Positions 1 to 15,615 are shown, numbered from the stretch's first letter. The stretch: DNA of 64,000 nt from Geosiphon pyriformis uo1 (GCA_016748015.1 JAAOMT010000112.1:124644-188643); one strand, 5' to 3'. Made by a program: numbers and translations. Notes: a model not told the origin generated them from the letters alone.

Positions 1-696
1 ATAATAGATAAAATCAGAAAAACAAAAGCTTAATATTATTATAGATTAGAATAACAAGCTAATAAATAGCAAGAAAAAACAAAATTGTATAGTAATAAAA
101 TAAATCAAAAGAAATTCAACTTTAAAAAATAAATTAAAATATCTTAGTTGTTATTTTTTTCAAAGAATAATTAGGAAATTTGAAGGTAAAAAGATAGTCT
201 GTATTGTTAACAAATAATAATACATTGGTATAATTCTATGTTTTATATTAATGCTCTTAAAATTTAATATTAGATATTAAATATGTTTTTTAGTCATGTT
301 TTATTTAATAATCTTCAAATAATATAATTATATGAATCAGAAAAAGAATAAGAAAATACTAACAAATAAGTTTTTATCCTAAAATATTCAAATACTTGAA
401 AATAAAAAAAAAGAAATAAGCAATATAAAAAAGATTAAGATAATAATTGTTATTTTATTTTTTTTATTTCTTATATTCAATCATTAATACTTTTACAGCT
501 AAAAAACTTATTGCTTATATAATTATTAAAAATGATCAATAACTAAGTTAATAACTAAATTAATAATCAAATCAATAATCAAATCAACAATTAAATTATT
601 GATCAAATCAATAATCAGATCAATAATCAGGTTATTAATCACTATTTAAAAATAGAATGGCTAATTATGTAACATCAATGACTAATACATATAATA
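1..696. other. Extremely AT-rich tract, probably a hypermutated TE remnant
   Basis: Very few C/G, no credible ORF; grades into a stop-interrupted reading frame at 697-1161. Confidence 0.55.
530..640. repeat. Degenerate ~12-bp tandem repeat (ATAATCAAATCA-like)
   Basis: Repeated taatcaaatcaa/taatcagatcaa/tgatcaaatcaa units. Confidence 0.6.
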
Positions 697-1161
697 CTAA
701 TAAAAACTATGATTTTCAACCATAACATTATTCTCTTCAAAAAAATTGAACTCTAAAAAAATCAAGCTATTTATGAAATAATCTAATTGAAAGTTTTTGT
801 CTAATTCAAAACTAACTAGTTTGTTGAAATCTTTTGTAGATAAGATATATAATATTTGAGATAAGATAAGTTTTGTATTCAAAAGACCAAATTTTTGTAT
901 AAGAGTTTTGGCTCTTCTAACAATGATCAAAACTCTTGGGACATCTAATCATATAATGCCCAAAATTTCCACTTGTATCTCTGAAGTTGTTTTCTTCATG
1001 AGCTTCATGTCTTCTATGATTTCACCAAGTTGACCATAGAGCTCTAGTTGTCTTCCATATGACAGGTTTTTATCTATGGACAAGATTTCTTTAATCATTC
1101 TTCCAAGGGTATTGGAAGGTGATAGTATGCTTGCTGTTAATGCAAGAAGCGCACAAAACAC
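697..1161 (-). pseudogene. Decayed ORF, possibly related to the Gypsy ORF3-type protein
   Basis: ORFs 949-1161 and 697-930 are in the same frame, separated by one TGA; pattern Y-x2-LG ... RRA-x2-L-x3-F ... L-x3-DF-x2-L loosely parallels ORF3 at 57557-58057. Confidence 0.35.
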
Positions 1162-1903
1162 TGGTAAGGAAACTCAAGACGCTTCTTAAGTACTTTGCGA
1201 TAAATAATCAAGAGTGGAACAAAGAAAAAATCAGCTAAAGATCAGCTTTTTTTCCTCTAACCAAAAAAACTTCCGGGATGTTGAATGAGAGCGACGCGAT
1301 GTAGGCTGTCGCTTGGATGTGAGACGTCAATCCCATCGCGGCGTGGATGTTTTGATATGTCGAGAGCGCGCAAGCTACGCCCTACGAATCTATACCGACT
1401 GAAGGGCATCCCTCTCCTGGTAGAATGCTATGATGTGGACTTTCGGGCTTATTTTAGCATGCGGGGGTGTGCCAAAATTTCTCTATTTCAAGTGCATTTA
1501 CGGGCCCAAAAGAAATAAATCAGTAGCTCCGCTCAAGAGTTGGCGAAAGCGTTATGCTAAACAACTTCGGTATATATCCTTGGACTTTTTTTTTTTTGCT
1601 AAACCTTGATTTAAAATTGCAGGCGACATTATTCAGACGTATTTTATGAATCTGAGGTATGGCGGTTTACCTATTCCGCGAGTATTACCCACTTTTTCCT
1701 GGTTTTTGCTGGAGCATGCCCCAATTATATTATCATCAATAAGATTAATCTTCTCCCACGCGGCTATTTTGATAATTTCCTTAAGAATAGTTTTTAATAG
1801 TTGTTGAAAAAGGTACTATTCCCAGAAAAATCATAAATTTATTAAAATGGGTAATTATGACTGTGCCAATGTAATTTTTGATTAGTGGATTTCTTAGTCG
1901 ATA

Positions 1904-4472
<2,569 letters not shown>

Positions 4473-5004
4473 CATACTGACATTATCAAAATTATTTTTT
4501 CTGAATCAAATATTTGATTTTCTATAACTTTGTTGAATTTGAAGTTATAATTTTGACACTGCGCTAAATTACTATGTTTTTGATTAACAGACACTTGGGG
4601 CTGGTTTTTGTTTAGAGAAAATCTGTACATTTCGAGATGAAAACATTGATGTAATGATCTAAACAAATTCTTCGTTGGGTTACGCAGCATCAGTCCTATT
4701 TTCTTATAACAAAAAATATTTACCAAAAAAGCTTCATGTTAATTTTAGTTAATGTGATACCAAATTTTTTATTTTTTACAATTAAAAAATTAGAAATTTT
4801 ACTTGTTTAATGATAATGAAAATTTCAAAATTAATAAATTGATTAAAAATTATTACATATTCCAACTGTTTATATTTCAAGATCAAAGGTGATTGGTCCT
4901 CATTTGGGAAAATTTTGATCATATCATAAAACCCGCAGTTTCTATAGTTTTCCCGAATCCCTCTGTTTGCTTGGCATAAGCGAGTTGCAGATTTGCGCTA
5001 CAAG

Positions 5005-5094
5005 GTAAGCTCCTATATAATAGGGTACGATTTTATAAGGAGTTCACTTTTCTGTTTCCAACATTTAAACTATAGATTTTAACTTACTATCCAG
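5005..5094 (+). other. Probable 5'UTR intron of the RRM gene
   Basis: CAAG|GTAAGC donor, TTTAAC branch-like site, TATCCAG acceptor ~85 nt upstream of ATG 5179. Confidence 0.5.
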
Positions 5095-5178
5095 TAATCT
5101 CGAACCGACTTTCAAGAACATCTTTCAAGAGTAATCTTAATTTACCAAGGAAAACTTAGATATTAAGAACTTACAGCA

Positions 5179-6524
5179 ATGGACCGTATTGACATGAGTT
5201 TGGATGATATAATTAAAGACACCAAAAAACAAAAACAAAAGGGAAACTTGGGAAATACCAATAATAATAGTAGTAATAATAATAATAATAATATAAATAA
5301 TATAAATAACAAGAGCAAAACTGGTCCCATTCGGACTAGAACCGCCGGCAAGAATTTGACTCGACATAAGGCCAATCCCTATCCGGTAAGATTTCTGAGC
5401 TTCCTAGAGAACGGCTGGAGCAGAACCCTGGCGTTGCTCAAAGTCGAAACTTCGAACTTTGGGCAAAGGCTAAAGTGTCCGAGAAAAACGATTAAGCAAA
5501 CTTTTGCATACAAGTCATTGCGCTCTTTGACCGTTCAATAATTCACCCCATCGCGAAGAACACGAGACTGATTTCACCTGCGACTTTTTGCCCATGTTGC
5601 GCAACTTCCATTACAAAATCCTCTCAGAAACCAAAAACACTCAAGGCCGGAAATTCTAATGGTGTTTGGCGCCATGATTTATACAAGACTGTTAACCCTG
5701 GCTCGTCAGCCAAACGCACTAATCCCATTCTTACTTCACCCAACGGGGGTCTTTCGATCCAACAAAGACTCGGTACTAATTCCGGGATCGTTAGCCGAAT
5801 GTCGATCAAGGGAGTCGGTGGGCTAAAGCAAGAATTTTCTTTCAAAGGAGAAGGCGGGCCGGCCACTATCCAGATTACCAATGTTGCCCCGGGTACTACC
5901 GCCAATGACATCAAGGTCAATTCATAATACCCTCGTCCATCTAAATTATTGTTTTCCTTTTACTGATCTTTTTCATCTTTTTTAGACTGCCTTTATGGAT
6001 TTCGGTGATATTCTAACCTTGGACATGAAACCGAATAAAAATAATCGTGTTCCTATCAGTGCTGAGCTCACATATGAGTCGAAGGCATCTGCTCATGCAG
6101 CTATAAAAAAATATAACACCGCTCTTGTTGATGGTATGTCTTTGTTTATTGTGAAAGGATTTCTTAAATCTTTGATAACAGAAAATTTTTTTTTAGGACG
6201 AGTATTGAAAGTTCAATTTAAGCAGGTAGGAACTGCTGTTGCTCCCGCAAATGCGGCGGGAACTGCTGCCTACCGCTTCAACAATAAATTCACCAAGTCT
6301 CACCCAGTTACTATTGCTGCTCCTCGGTATGTCGAAAAGATTTAGATATTATGAAAATTTTAAGAGCTTTCATATCGTTCCTAAATTATGTTTCCATATG
6401 GCTTCTCAGTAACGGCAGAATGTATTCCGATGAATTGATGACTGATGTTGTTAATACCGGGCCTAACCTTCGTCGCGTCTCCGGGGGAAAAGGAAAGCAG
6501 CCATCTTTCAGCGTTACATTGTAA
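5179..6524 (+). CDS. ALYREF/Yra1/POLDIP3-like RRM mRNA-export adaptor (5 coding exons: ~5179-5385, 5628-5915, 5986-6133, 6198-6327, 6410-6524)
   Basis: N-terminal UAP56-binding-like motif IDMSLDDII, WRHDLY (WxHD) motif, RRM (IQITNVAPGTTANDIK..FGDI..AELTYES..AIKKYNTALVDGRVLKV), C-terminal MYSD..PSFSVTL. Confidence 0.8.
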
Positions 6525-6792
6525 ACTGCGATATCAAATCATATTTTACAGTTCAAAATAGGGTCCTTTGCTTTCATTAGAAACTTGGAATTACTTTTGC
6601 TATTCTGAACGAAGCTACTATTTTCACTTTTTTTACCTATTCCCTTTCAATTTTCTTAAAACATACCGATCTTTTATATTATCTTAAATTTAGTATGGTT
6701 GAGTTTCTCTTTCAATAAATATATAGCTAATGCGATGTATCATTACCTTAACAATATTTGGAATAGTAGCTATTTTGAAGATTTTTATCTGT

Positions 6793-8348
6793 TTAAAACC
6801 AAAAGCTCACACTAAAGCTAACGCTCAAGGATCGAACGTAATGCCACCATCCAGGCTGAAAGAAGATTAGGTGGAAGTTATGTTCATCCCATAATTTTGT
6901 CAAATTTAACTCTGAAAAAAGGACTTACTGGTATGTATAAAAGCTCGCCAGGACTCAGAACACATTCCACATAGTGAGCAGAAGGGAATTTAGGGAATTG
7001 TGAATAATCCGGTGATTCGATATCGACCTTTTTGTTTCGATAAGATTATTTTACAAAACAACGCATCATAAAATCAAGAATCTTTCAGCGAACCTGACTT
7101 GTATTCTTTAAAAAGTTATCTTGCGCAAAAGGATAAACATTCGGGGTTTCCTCAGGTCCATACAATCTAATATATTTTTTCCCAACAACTTGTGCCAACA
7201 AATTATGATACGGATCAGTATGCATTGGTGAGATGGTGCCTTTTGGTCCCAGCCAGGCATTTATGATTACATCGGATGGGGGTTGATAGTAAACATTGGA
7301 TGTGGAATTAATGGCTACCGAAGTCAGCGTATCCACAAAACAATAATCAGGAATTGAGATATCTTCTTTGAGACGCGGAATTTGCTCAAATAAGTCATGT
7401 TGAGCAAGATAAAAGATATCCGAGCTTTTCATCTCTTCATCAATATACGAACTTTCCGTACATTTACGCAAAAAGTCTCCGAAACTCATCAATTTTTGTG
7501 ACCATTTTTGGTCTGTATATTTTGCCCCAATCTCAACAGGAACTATGCGCTCCTCTCCTGCTGCTTCCAAAAGATAATCAAGATTAGCCCAAGGCCTCGT
7601 TGAAAGTGCAGGCCAATAAGCTATTGAGGATTCAATTATAAGAGGGGTTGGTCTCTCAGATGTTACATGAGATGTGAAAGATAATATGCTGGGTACCATG
7701 AGCCTTGTTATTGGATGATTTATAATTGGGAGTTGGCAACTTTTTGAGGGAGTTTCATTTTGTAAAACCTTTCGATGTATAAATTTCTCGTTTTTGTCAC
7801 TAATATTTCGCAATTTTACGTTCACTGCCTCAATCAAATGTAGGATTAATTCCTTTCTTTCTTTACCAGGAGCTCCCGACAACAACAACGTCATATCCAA
7901 AGTTTTAATAACTTGTTTCCAGGAACTTGTGGAGTCCAGCTGTGATTTTTCCTCATCGAATGCTATCTGGACCTCACAGATACCTTTAATCAAGCTTGCG
8001 TCTGTGTGCAATTGGCGCCAACATGTTGGAACATCTTGATAGATGAACGAATGTAATTTTTCAGACGCAAAATCAACAAGCGAAGTGACTTTGATCAATA
8101 TTAGAGAGTTAGGGCATCTGTTGCCCTTTTGTAAATCTAACAAGCATTCGCCTAGCAAGAACGTACAAGCTCTTCCAGTTTGAAAAAGATCTAAATTCAA
8201 ACAATCAATAAAATTTTAACTGAAATCCTCCCTTATCTTGGAATTTTGGAAATTTGCATTTTTTTTTACCCTTTTTTACCTCCGCGAAGTCTTGATGCAG
8301 TTTTTCTAATGTTAAATTACATAAAGTTTCTATTTCCTTGGAAGTCAT
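6793..8348 (-). CDS. JmjC-domain hydroxylase, JMJD5/KDM8-like
   Basis: VPVEIG, YLAQHDLFEQIPRLKEDI..PDYC, NAWLGPKGTISPMHTDPYHNLLAQVVGKKYIRLY, GELLYIPPGWWHYVRS..SVSFWF; start inferred at ATG 8348 via a phase-1 intron. Confidence 0.9.
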
Positions 8349-8511
8349 TATACTCTGCAAGAAAAATCTATTGAAAGGACTTTAGGTATAATAAAAAAGG
8401 GAAATGGCTTCCTCATAAAATACAATTTAATAGAGCAATGACGGGAAAATTGGTCAAGGCCAAACGATTTGCATCAAAGCTGGAATTTAGAATTTTTAAA
8501 TCTTTGAAATA

Positions 8512-9739
8512 TTAAAAATTGTTCAGTAAGCCAAAGGCATTAGTCTGCTTCATTACTTTAGCAGCAAAATTAGATTCCGCTTTATCTATTCCTTCACCAC
8601 ATTCCCATCTCAAAAAGTCCAAAACTTTGAGCCGAATTTTATAATCTTGCATCACTTTGTTAATATTATCTTTTACAGACCCACCACCCGATAAACTTAT
8701 TTGTCTTAAAAGGACATTTTCATTAAGATACTCTTCCAAATTCGTGATGTCCTTCGGAATGGAGTCATCATTCTCATCCACATATTTAGGATTATAGCCA
8801 ACTACTTGACGCGCTAGATCTCGTCCCAACTTTTTGATGCTTTGTATTGAAAAATTAGTAATATTATTTTCGCTAGGGGTTAGAAGATCAGAAGATTGCA
8901 ACATGATAAGCCCGCCAATTTTCCCAGTTGTTGAATCATCTCCGTGAACATAACCGCCAGTGAAAATAGTTTTTCTAAATTCTGAAGTAACTGAATCGTT
9001 AAAATTTACAACAGCTGCTCGGCGCAAGGTAATGTTTTCTCCTAGTTTCCCAATCATTTCTTCAATCGATTCTTTAATGGTATTCACCAAGGGAAGCTGA
9101 CTGAAGGAAGAAGAGGAGGGATGAGGGAATATTGGAGCTGAGTGTAATAAAGAAACTGGAATCTTTTGTATTATAGGAGATTCTACAGGGGAGGTGGGCG
9201 AAATTAAAAGGGAAGTTGAAGCTATTTGGACAACGAGTTGTCGAAATAATATATTGCGAGACACAAAATCTGTTTCACAATTAACCTTGATCCATAAAAC
9301 GACCATCAATGAATAAAGAAAGAATTAACGCAGAGCCAACTCTAAATATCTTGAAATTCAATTGTTTGGACAAATCAGATTTGCGAATTGAAAAAGGTAA
9401 ACAGACCTCGACAATTGCACCCCTTTCGTTAGGAAGCAATCCACTAGCAGCTAATTCCCAATTCTTTGAAATCACTACACCAATAAGTCCTTCTCGGGTC
9501 AGACGGCCTTTAAGCTTTTCGGCCTTAGCGTGCCCACTTATTTTTGCGTCTTCAAAGACCCACGCCAATGCCTTTTCATAGTCATTCCCATTCTTTACTA
9601 ATGCTTCTTTGGCTTTTAATACACTAACTTGAGTTTCTTGGCGAAGTTTTTGAAGCAACTGTAAATTCGATTTCGTGCTATAGAAGCGGTTTAAAATTTT
9701 TGAAGTGTGGGCCAGTTGTTGAGGCAAACCACCTATCAT
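8512..9739 (-). CDS. Mitochondrial translation elongation factor Ts (2 exons)
   Basis: Presequence-like N-terminus, LRQETQ..KAKEAL, EGLIG, VE|VNCETDFVSRN, KLGENITLRR, GGYVHG, RWECGEGI. Confidence 0.93.
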
Positions 9740-9984
9740 TTTTTCATTTACAAAACTTTTTTAATCTCATTTTTATTATAATTTGATGATCTGATTTGAT
9801 AGATTTCTGGAGAACACGGGATTTTATCCAGTGGCGCAACTTTCCCTCGATGGCAAAGGCTTCCACTATGATTCCATGACTTGGGCTAATGGGATGCTAT
9901 TAATTCGTAGAGAACCAAGCTATAAGTAGGTTGAAGTTTGAATAAATACCTATAATTACTTTATTTAGCTATATACATTTTTCA

Positions 9985-12598
9985 TTAATCACCGTTGGTA
10001 TCAATTGAAAGTCTTTTTGCCTTTTCCAAATACCATTCCATTGAAAGGCCAGTGGAAGCTAAAACAAGGCCCAAAAATTCCGGGGCTGGCTGCAAAGGGC
10101 GACTAAGATATTCCGGATGATATTGAACCCCGACAAAAAAAGGAAGATCTAAAAGGATATTCATTACCAAATTTTGTTCAGTACCCAATAATCAAGAGAC
10201 CAAATTCGCAAATCATATACCTTGCATCTCGAAAATTTCCATATTATTTCCGACTGGATCACGAGCTATAAATGTCAAGCCTTTTTTTTCTAATTGCGCA
10301 AGATGATTGTCATTTATTTTGTAGTGGCTATGATGACGTTCTTTTATAACTTCTGATTTCCCTCGCTTCCAATTAACGGATTCGTATAATCGACCTAAAG
10401 GTTGAAATAAGGAAATCAATTTTCAAAAACATTTTTATTTGAAGAGGTTCAGCAAGAATAGAATATATACGAATTTTAGACCACGATTCAGATCCATTTT
10501 GGAAAATAATTTCTTGGACACCGATCCCTTGGTCATGATTAACGAAATTTCCCTTGGAGTCGTCGCCTTTAAGAATTTCTATTAACCCATTAAACAAATA
10601 TAAGTTTAAAGTACATGATGTTCATAATTAAGCCTTCGAGGAAGCGAGAAACCATATGTACCATTTATACCACAGACATTGCGAGAAAATTCGATAATGG
10701 CAGTTTGAAACCCAAGGCCAATTCCTGTAAAACGAAATGTAAGGAAATAAGTCTCGGAGTCGAGGAATAATATCTGGACAAAAACTTTTGTACCAAGGAA
10801 CGGTTTTCTCTGATTTCTTGCAAAATTTATGGCTGTTAATATTCCCTCAATTTCAAGGTGAGAAAATCCATCAGGTACAATAATGCCATTAGCCGAAAGC
10901 AGATTTTCCCATGCTTCGTGATGTTTATGTGGCTTTTTGATTTTGCTTTCTGACTCCAAATAGGAAACTTCAACGCACTAAGAAGTTAAATATTGATATT
11001 TTTAGCTGCTCAAGATAATTACTAGACAATTATCACGTGCTTACGTTGAGAATCAATCTTCTCCCACAAGCTATCGAGGCATGTTCAAGGGCTTGCACAA
11101 TAGAATTGTAAAGATCTTGTTGGTTGTTATATCTACCAACCAAAGCTATGGTGACCGTTTTTGTACAGTTATCATAGCTAGGGAGTGATTAAAATCTAAT
11201 GAGAATTATAGGGATCAACGCTGAATATTTTGAAGAGAGAGATACACACTCCGCGACAAGCTTTCTCCAGCTGCGTAGGAGTTCTTTCCCTTGTGCTACG
11301 CGTGTTTGGGAAACTTCAATGAGATCAAGTTGGAGGCGATTTGATAAAAAATCCAGAAAATTTGCGTTTTCCAGCGCAAGCGGTTGATGATAGCTTGTAG
11401 GGACCGAGTTAATAGGTATCACCTAAATTCAAATTTAATGTATGGTAAATAATTCAAAAGCGAAGATATAGGACGATTCCTTGAATAAATATGCTCACAT
11501 TTGTTGGCTCAAAACATATTTTTTCGCATACTTCATTATCCAAATCCCCTGAACAGAGACAGGCTATCTGATGTGAATAAAAGAATAAGAATTACTATGT
11601 TTGATATTTATTATATTTTCTTGAGAGGAACATACCAAATCAGGCGTAGTTCCATTAGTGATTAACGATCTATGACTATCAAAGGCAGGCTTCGTGATCG
11701 TAGCTACCGTGGTATTTGGCAGTGCGAGCAAAGGAACAACATGTACGAATGCAACATTTTCTGCTCCAACTTTTGCTTGCAATTCATCAATGGCTTCCAA
11801 CCATGTCTGAGCATCTGGCAAATCAATCTCGGCTCCCAGCTTAACGTATTATCGAGATAAAATGCATCAGTGGACAAGTTCTATGTATAAAAATCATCAG
11901 GTAGTAGCATGAACTAAAACCTCCAAAATGCAAACATCTGCGCCAGTTGCGGCATTTTGAATGAGCTCTTGCATTCTATCTGTGCCATGACCCACAAGCG
12001 TGACTGATCGCCCCAGGAAACCACCAGCGCGCTATCGGATCAACTATTGTTTAGAGAGTTATGGCGAACCAAAAAATTGATTATCTAACAGAGATTTAAT
12101 GTTTATTTGTCTTTTACCTTTCAATTTTTCAAGGTAAAAAGTAAAATAGATCAGATAGATCAAAAAATATAGTAATTTAGATCAAAAGCGAAGTGGGAAC
12201 TTTGAGAAATTGAGCATAAGATCGTGCAGTCATACGCGAAATTATTGGACGGTTGCTTACTATTTTACAGGATATAAAGGCGGTCGCAAGACTTTACATA
12301 CCTCTTTTTTTACTAAGTCGTCAAATACTTGTCCACTTGTGATGTAATGCTTTTTAGTGAGCTCTTTCTGAAGAAAACGTTCATAGTTGCCGAGCTCCTC
12401 GGCGACCACCCCACCGTCATTTAAAAGAAAAATGTTTCCAGGGTCAAGGTTTTTGCCATCAATCTGAATGAAAGGATCGATTCTCGCTGCTGTGACTTCC
12501 AACCCCAAACTTTTCAATAAGAGGCCAGTTGATGCGGCTAAAATTCCCTTTTTATAGCCGGCAATAATACCATAAGTAAAGAATATGTATTTTGTCAT
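9985..12598 (-). CDS. Highly divergent CTP synthase-like protein (candidate pseudoenzyme), multi-exon, frame apparently intact
   Basis: Colinear CTPS motifs: [104 protein letters not shown]. Confidence 0.9.
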
Positions 12599-13180
12599 GT
12601 TATCAATTATAAAGATTGAGTTTTAGATAGTTCGTACATGTAGAATTTAGAAAATTTAATATCGCGTTCTTGTAATTTGATTGGCGAAAGTTGAGATATC
12701 AGAAATTTCATTTTCTCAATAATAATTGGCTAGATTCGAATTTGAGGAATGAAGATCTCAACCTTTTTTTTAGGAAATTTGATTCCTCTCAGGATGTAAC
12801 TAATCAGTAACACTATATTTCTGCATAAAATGATAAAATTTCCTTCTCCCTCAGAAATCCTAGAATCCAATCCATTACTTATTTCCAAAAGGTGCAATAG
12901 ATCATGATGATGGATTGTCTATTAAAAATATGTGAAATAGATATGAGGAGAGAAATCGATTGATCGTAGTAGTTTAACCCGTTATTGAAAATGCTTGAAA
13001 CAAAATGCCTGGTGTAATAAAACAATAATAAAATCAATTTTCAAGGTATCCTTTTGAAAATTTTTATATATTGTTTTAGATAATTTTAATAAATAGTAAT
13101 AATGAACGCTTTGAGCTTACCTTAATATTAGTGGTTCTTCAATTTTCAACAATTCAATTTTCTGGTAAAATCTTGTAAAC

Positions 13181-13684
13181 TCAAAATCCCAATTCTTCCT
13201 TTGTCAACACGCCCAATTCTTCCTTGATCGGTTTCAATTCATCTAGATATGCGTTGTATTGGCTTACATTTTCAACTTTTTCTTTGAGACCTTCAAAGAT
13301 CCGCACTGCTGTCGGATAATCATTGACTCGTCTTGCTGCTTTCAAGGCAGCTTCAATCACAGAAGGTGCTGGGACTAAATCGTATGCAAAGCAGTTATTC
13401 AGGCCTCTTTGAAGTTCAAAAAGATCATCAACCCCTTCAAAAAATTTCACGTGACGTTCAGTGAACGCTTCAAATGAGTCGCCTTCGTGTTCGCTAGAAT
13501 AAGTACGGCTAGCTGAGAGGCAAAGAGGTGAGGTTGGTTTGGGTTATAAGTGAGCAAGGTTTAAACAACGAGCGGATTTACCGTTGAAAGCTATGAGTTG
13601 TCCTAGTCTAGAACGAGATGAGAACGGAAGTTTTAAAGGAAGTAGTTTGGGATTGATACGAGTGAGAAGCGTGAGTCGGTTCAT
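13181..13684 (-). CDS. COX6: Cytochrome c oxidase subunit VI (Va family), single exon with presequence
   Basis: ESFEAF-like motif, DLFELQRGLNNCFAYDLVPAPSVIEAALKAARRVNDYPTAVRIFEGLKEKVEN..ELKPIKEELGV; ATG at 13684 in frame. Confidence 0.95.
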
Positions 13685-14040
13685 TGATGCAAAGTGGCAA
13701 CCACCAAACCTCGAATGGCTCAATTTTTAGCGGGAAAAAGTTGATCGAACAAATGATCAACAAGATGGACAGGTGATAACCAATCATAACTTTTAAAAAT
13801 GAATTATGCGCTTCTGCTTCCAGCCTTTCGAATGGATTAGCCGTTATGATAATTGCTTTTGTGTTACATTCTAGTATTTTTAGTAATTAAATGTGGAACT
13901 TGAAACCAACTGTGCATTTTTTAGTTTGTCTATCATTTATTTTCTTAACTATGGACTTCAGTTGTTTGCCTTTCATTTGTTACCAAATAATAACTTTTTC
14001 TCTCGAACTTTAATCATCAGCTCCCTACTTATTAAAAAAA

Positions 14041-15200
14041 ATGGCAGTAATTGGCAGGCGCATTCCCTTTTATATTGCAATATTACTTCTATTTCTCGTC
14101 GTTACAACCTTCTTTCTCATATATCCCCCATATCATTTCAAACAAAGCACAATAAACCCCTGGTTAGGTCCTAGTATTGCGATCGTCTTATTACTTGATA
14201 GAAATGATACATCTTCAGTAATATCGATAGAAGAAACCTTTGAGAATAAGAAAAAATATGCTCAAAAATTTGGTTACATCCTTGCTATAAAAAAGATGAA
14301 AGAGCAAGCTAGAGCACCTGTAAGTAAAATTTAAAGAATTTCAAGTTAATTGGAGGAGATCCTCAATAATTAACGTAATGAAGTTTCAAATTGAAATGTT
14401 AAGACTAATATCTATATTTCTCGATTAAATACTTTTTAAAACGTTTCTAATAAAATAAAACATTATTTCTCTAAATTAATTATCAGACATGGGCCAAAAT
14501 ACCAGCCTTGCTTGAAACAATGGAAGATCTTCCTTCTGTAGACTGGCTATGGTGGATTGACGCAGTAAGTCTTCTCCCGGTTATTTAATTCATAAATCGA
14601 TTTCTTAATTCATATTTAATAATTATTAATTTCATCTTAAAAGTCAGCAATAATTACGAACTCTTCATTGCCGATTACCACGAACATACTTCATCAAATA
14701 GATTCGACACATTATGAAGATCGTCAATTATTAATAGGATATGATTGTTTTGGAATCAATACCGGATCTTTCTTAATACGAAATTCTGCTTGGTCAAAAA
14801 AATTTTTAAGAACAGTATATGGTCCAAAATTTTTGGATTATCCCAACGAAGAAAGTGTTATGGAAAAATTAATCGAGGAAGAAGCAATTGAAGTTGCCGA
14901 GAAAGTCTTTGTCATAAAATTGGTAATTCTTCTAAATTTTTAATTGCATTTTCATCTTTCACTTAAAATTAATTTTATTATATTCTTTAGCGCATTTTAA
15001 ATTCTTTGCCACCCACTGTCTGTGAACAAAAAGATCGCGGCGTAGATAGATATACCTGGCACAAAGGTGATTTTGTAATTAATTTATCCGGATGTGGAAA
15101 TACTTTGAATTGTGATAATATTACCAGAGATGTATGGAGGCATCTGGGCACGGAAGGACATAATGATTTGTCATCATCAACAAAACACAAAGGTCCTTGA
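14041..15200 (+). CDS. Glycosyltransferase family 34 (Mnn10/Gma12-like), type II membrane, 4 exons
   Basis: N-terminal TM helix, ENKKKYAQKFGY, WAKIPAL, WLWWIDA, DCFGINTGSFLIRNSAWS, WHKGDFVINLSGC. Confidence 0.88.
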
Positions 15201-15615
15201 GGCCACCCTCAGGAGGCCATCAGAATTTTTTAATATTCTAATTTGGAACGAATAATTTAATTTTCAACAAAATTTATGGGTAATATGTGGAGGATGGGAA
15301 AAATAGAAATAATCATTGTTTATTATTTTTAAGCAGTACCTAATAATAAGTTTGAATTATAATAAAATTTATGATTATTCAAAAATCATCTAAGCATTTT
15401 GAAGATAAAAATTTTTTTAGACCTATTAAGTATATTATTTAAAAATCAAAATCTGATAAGAATTATCGAAGATACTCGATTAAAATGTCATAACCCTGTA
15501 AATCATGATTTGTTTTATTAGTGATACATTCTTTAATATCATATTGCATTTCAGAATTACCGCTGATCATTTACTTTTAACCTCACGAAATTTCAATTTC
15601 TATACCTATTTCGGG

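Noticed and set aside
13045-13056. GTATCCTT U12-like donors at ~13046 and ~23835, and ATATCCTT at ~10153-10160 (minus strand)
   Set aside because: The first two are intergenic on the plus strand with no gene to splice; the third is part of a 3' splice site
14545-14660. GT34 DxD motif reads D-A-S
   Set aside because: The third position varies among fungal GT34 members and the call depends on the splice assignment; not enough to call it inactive
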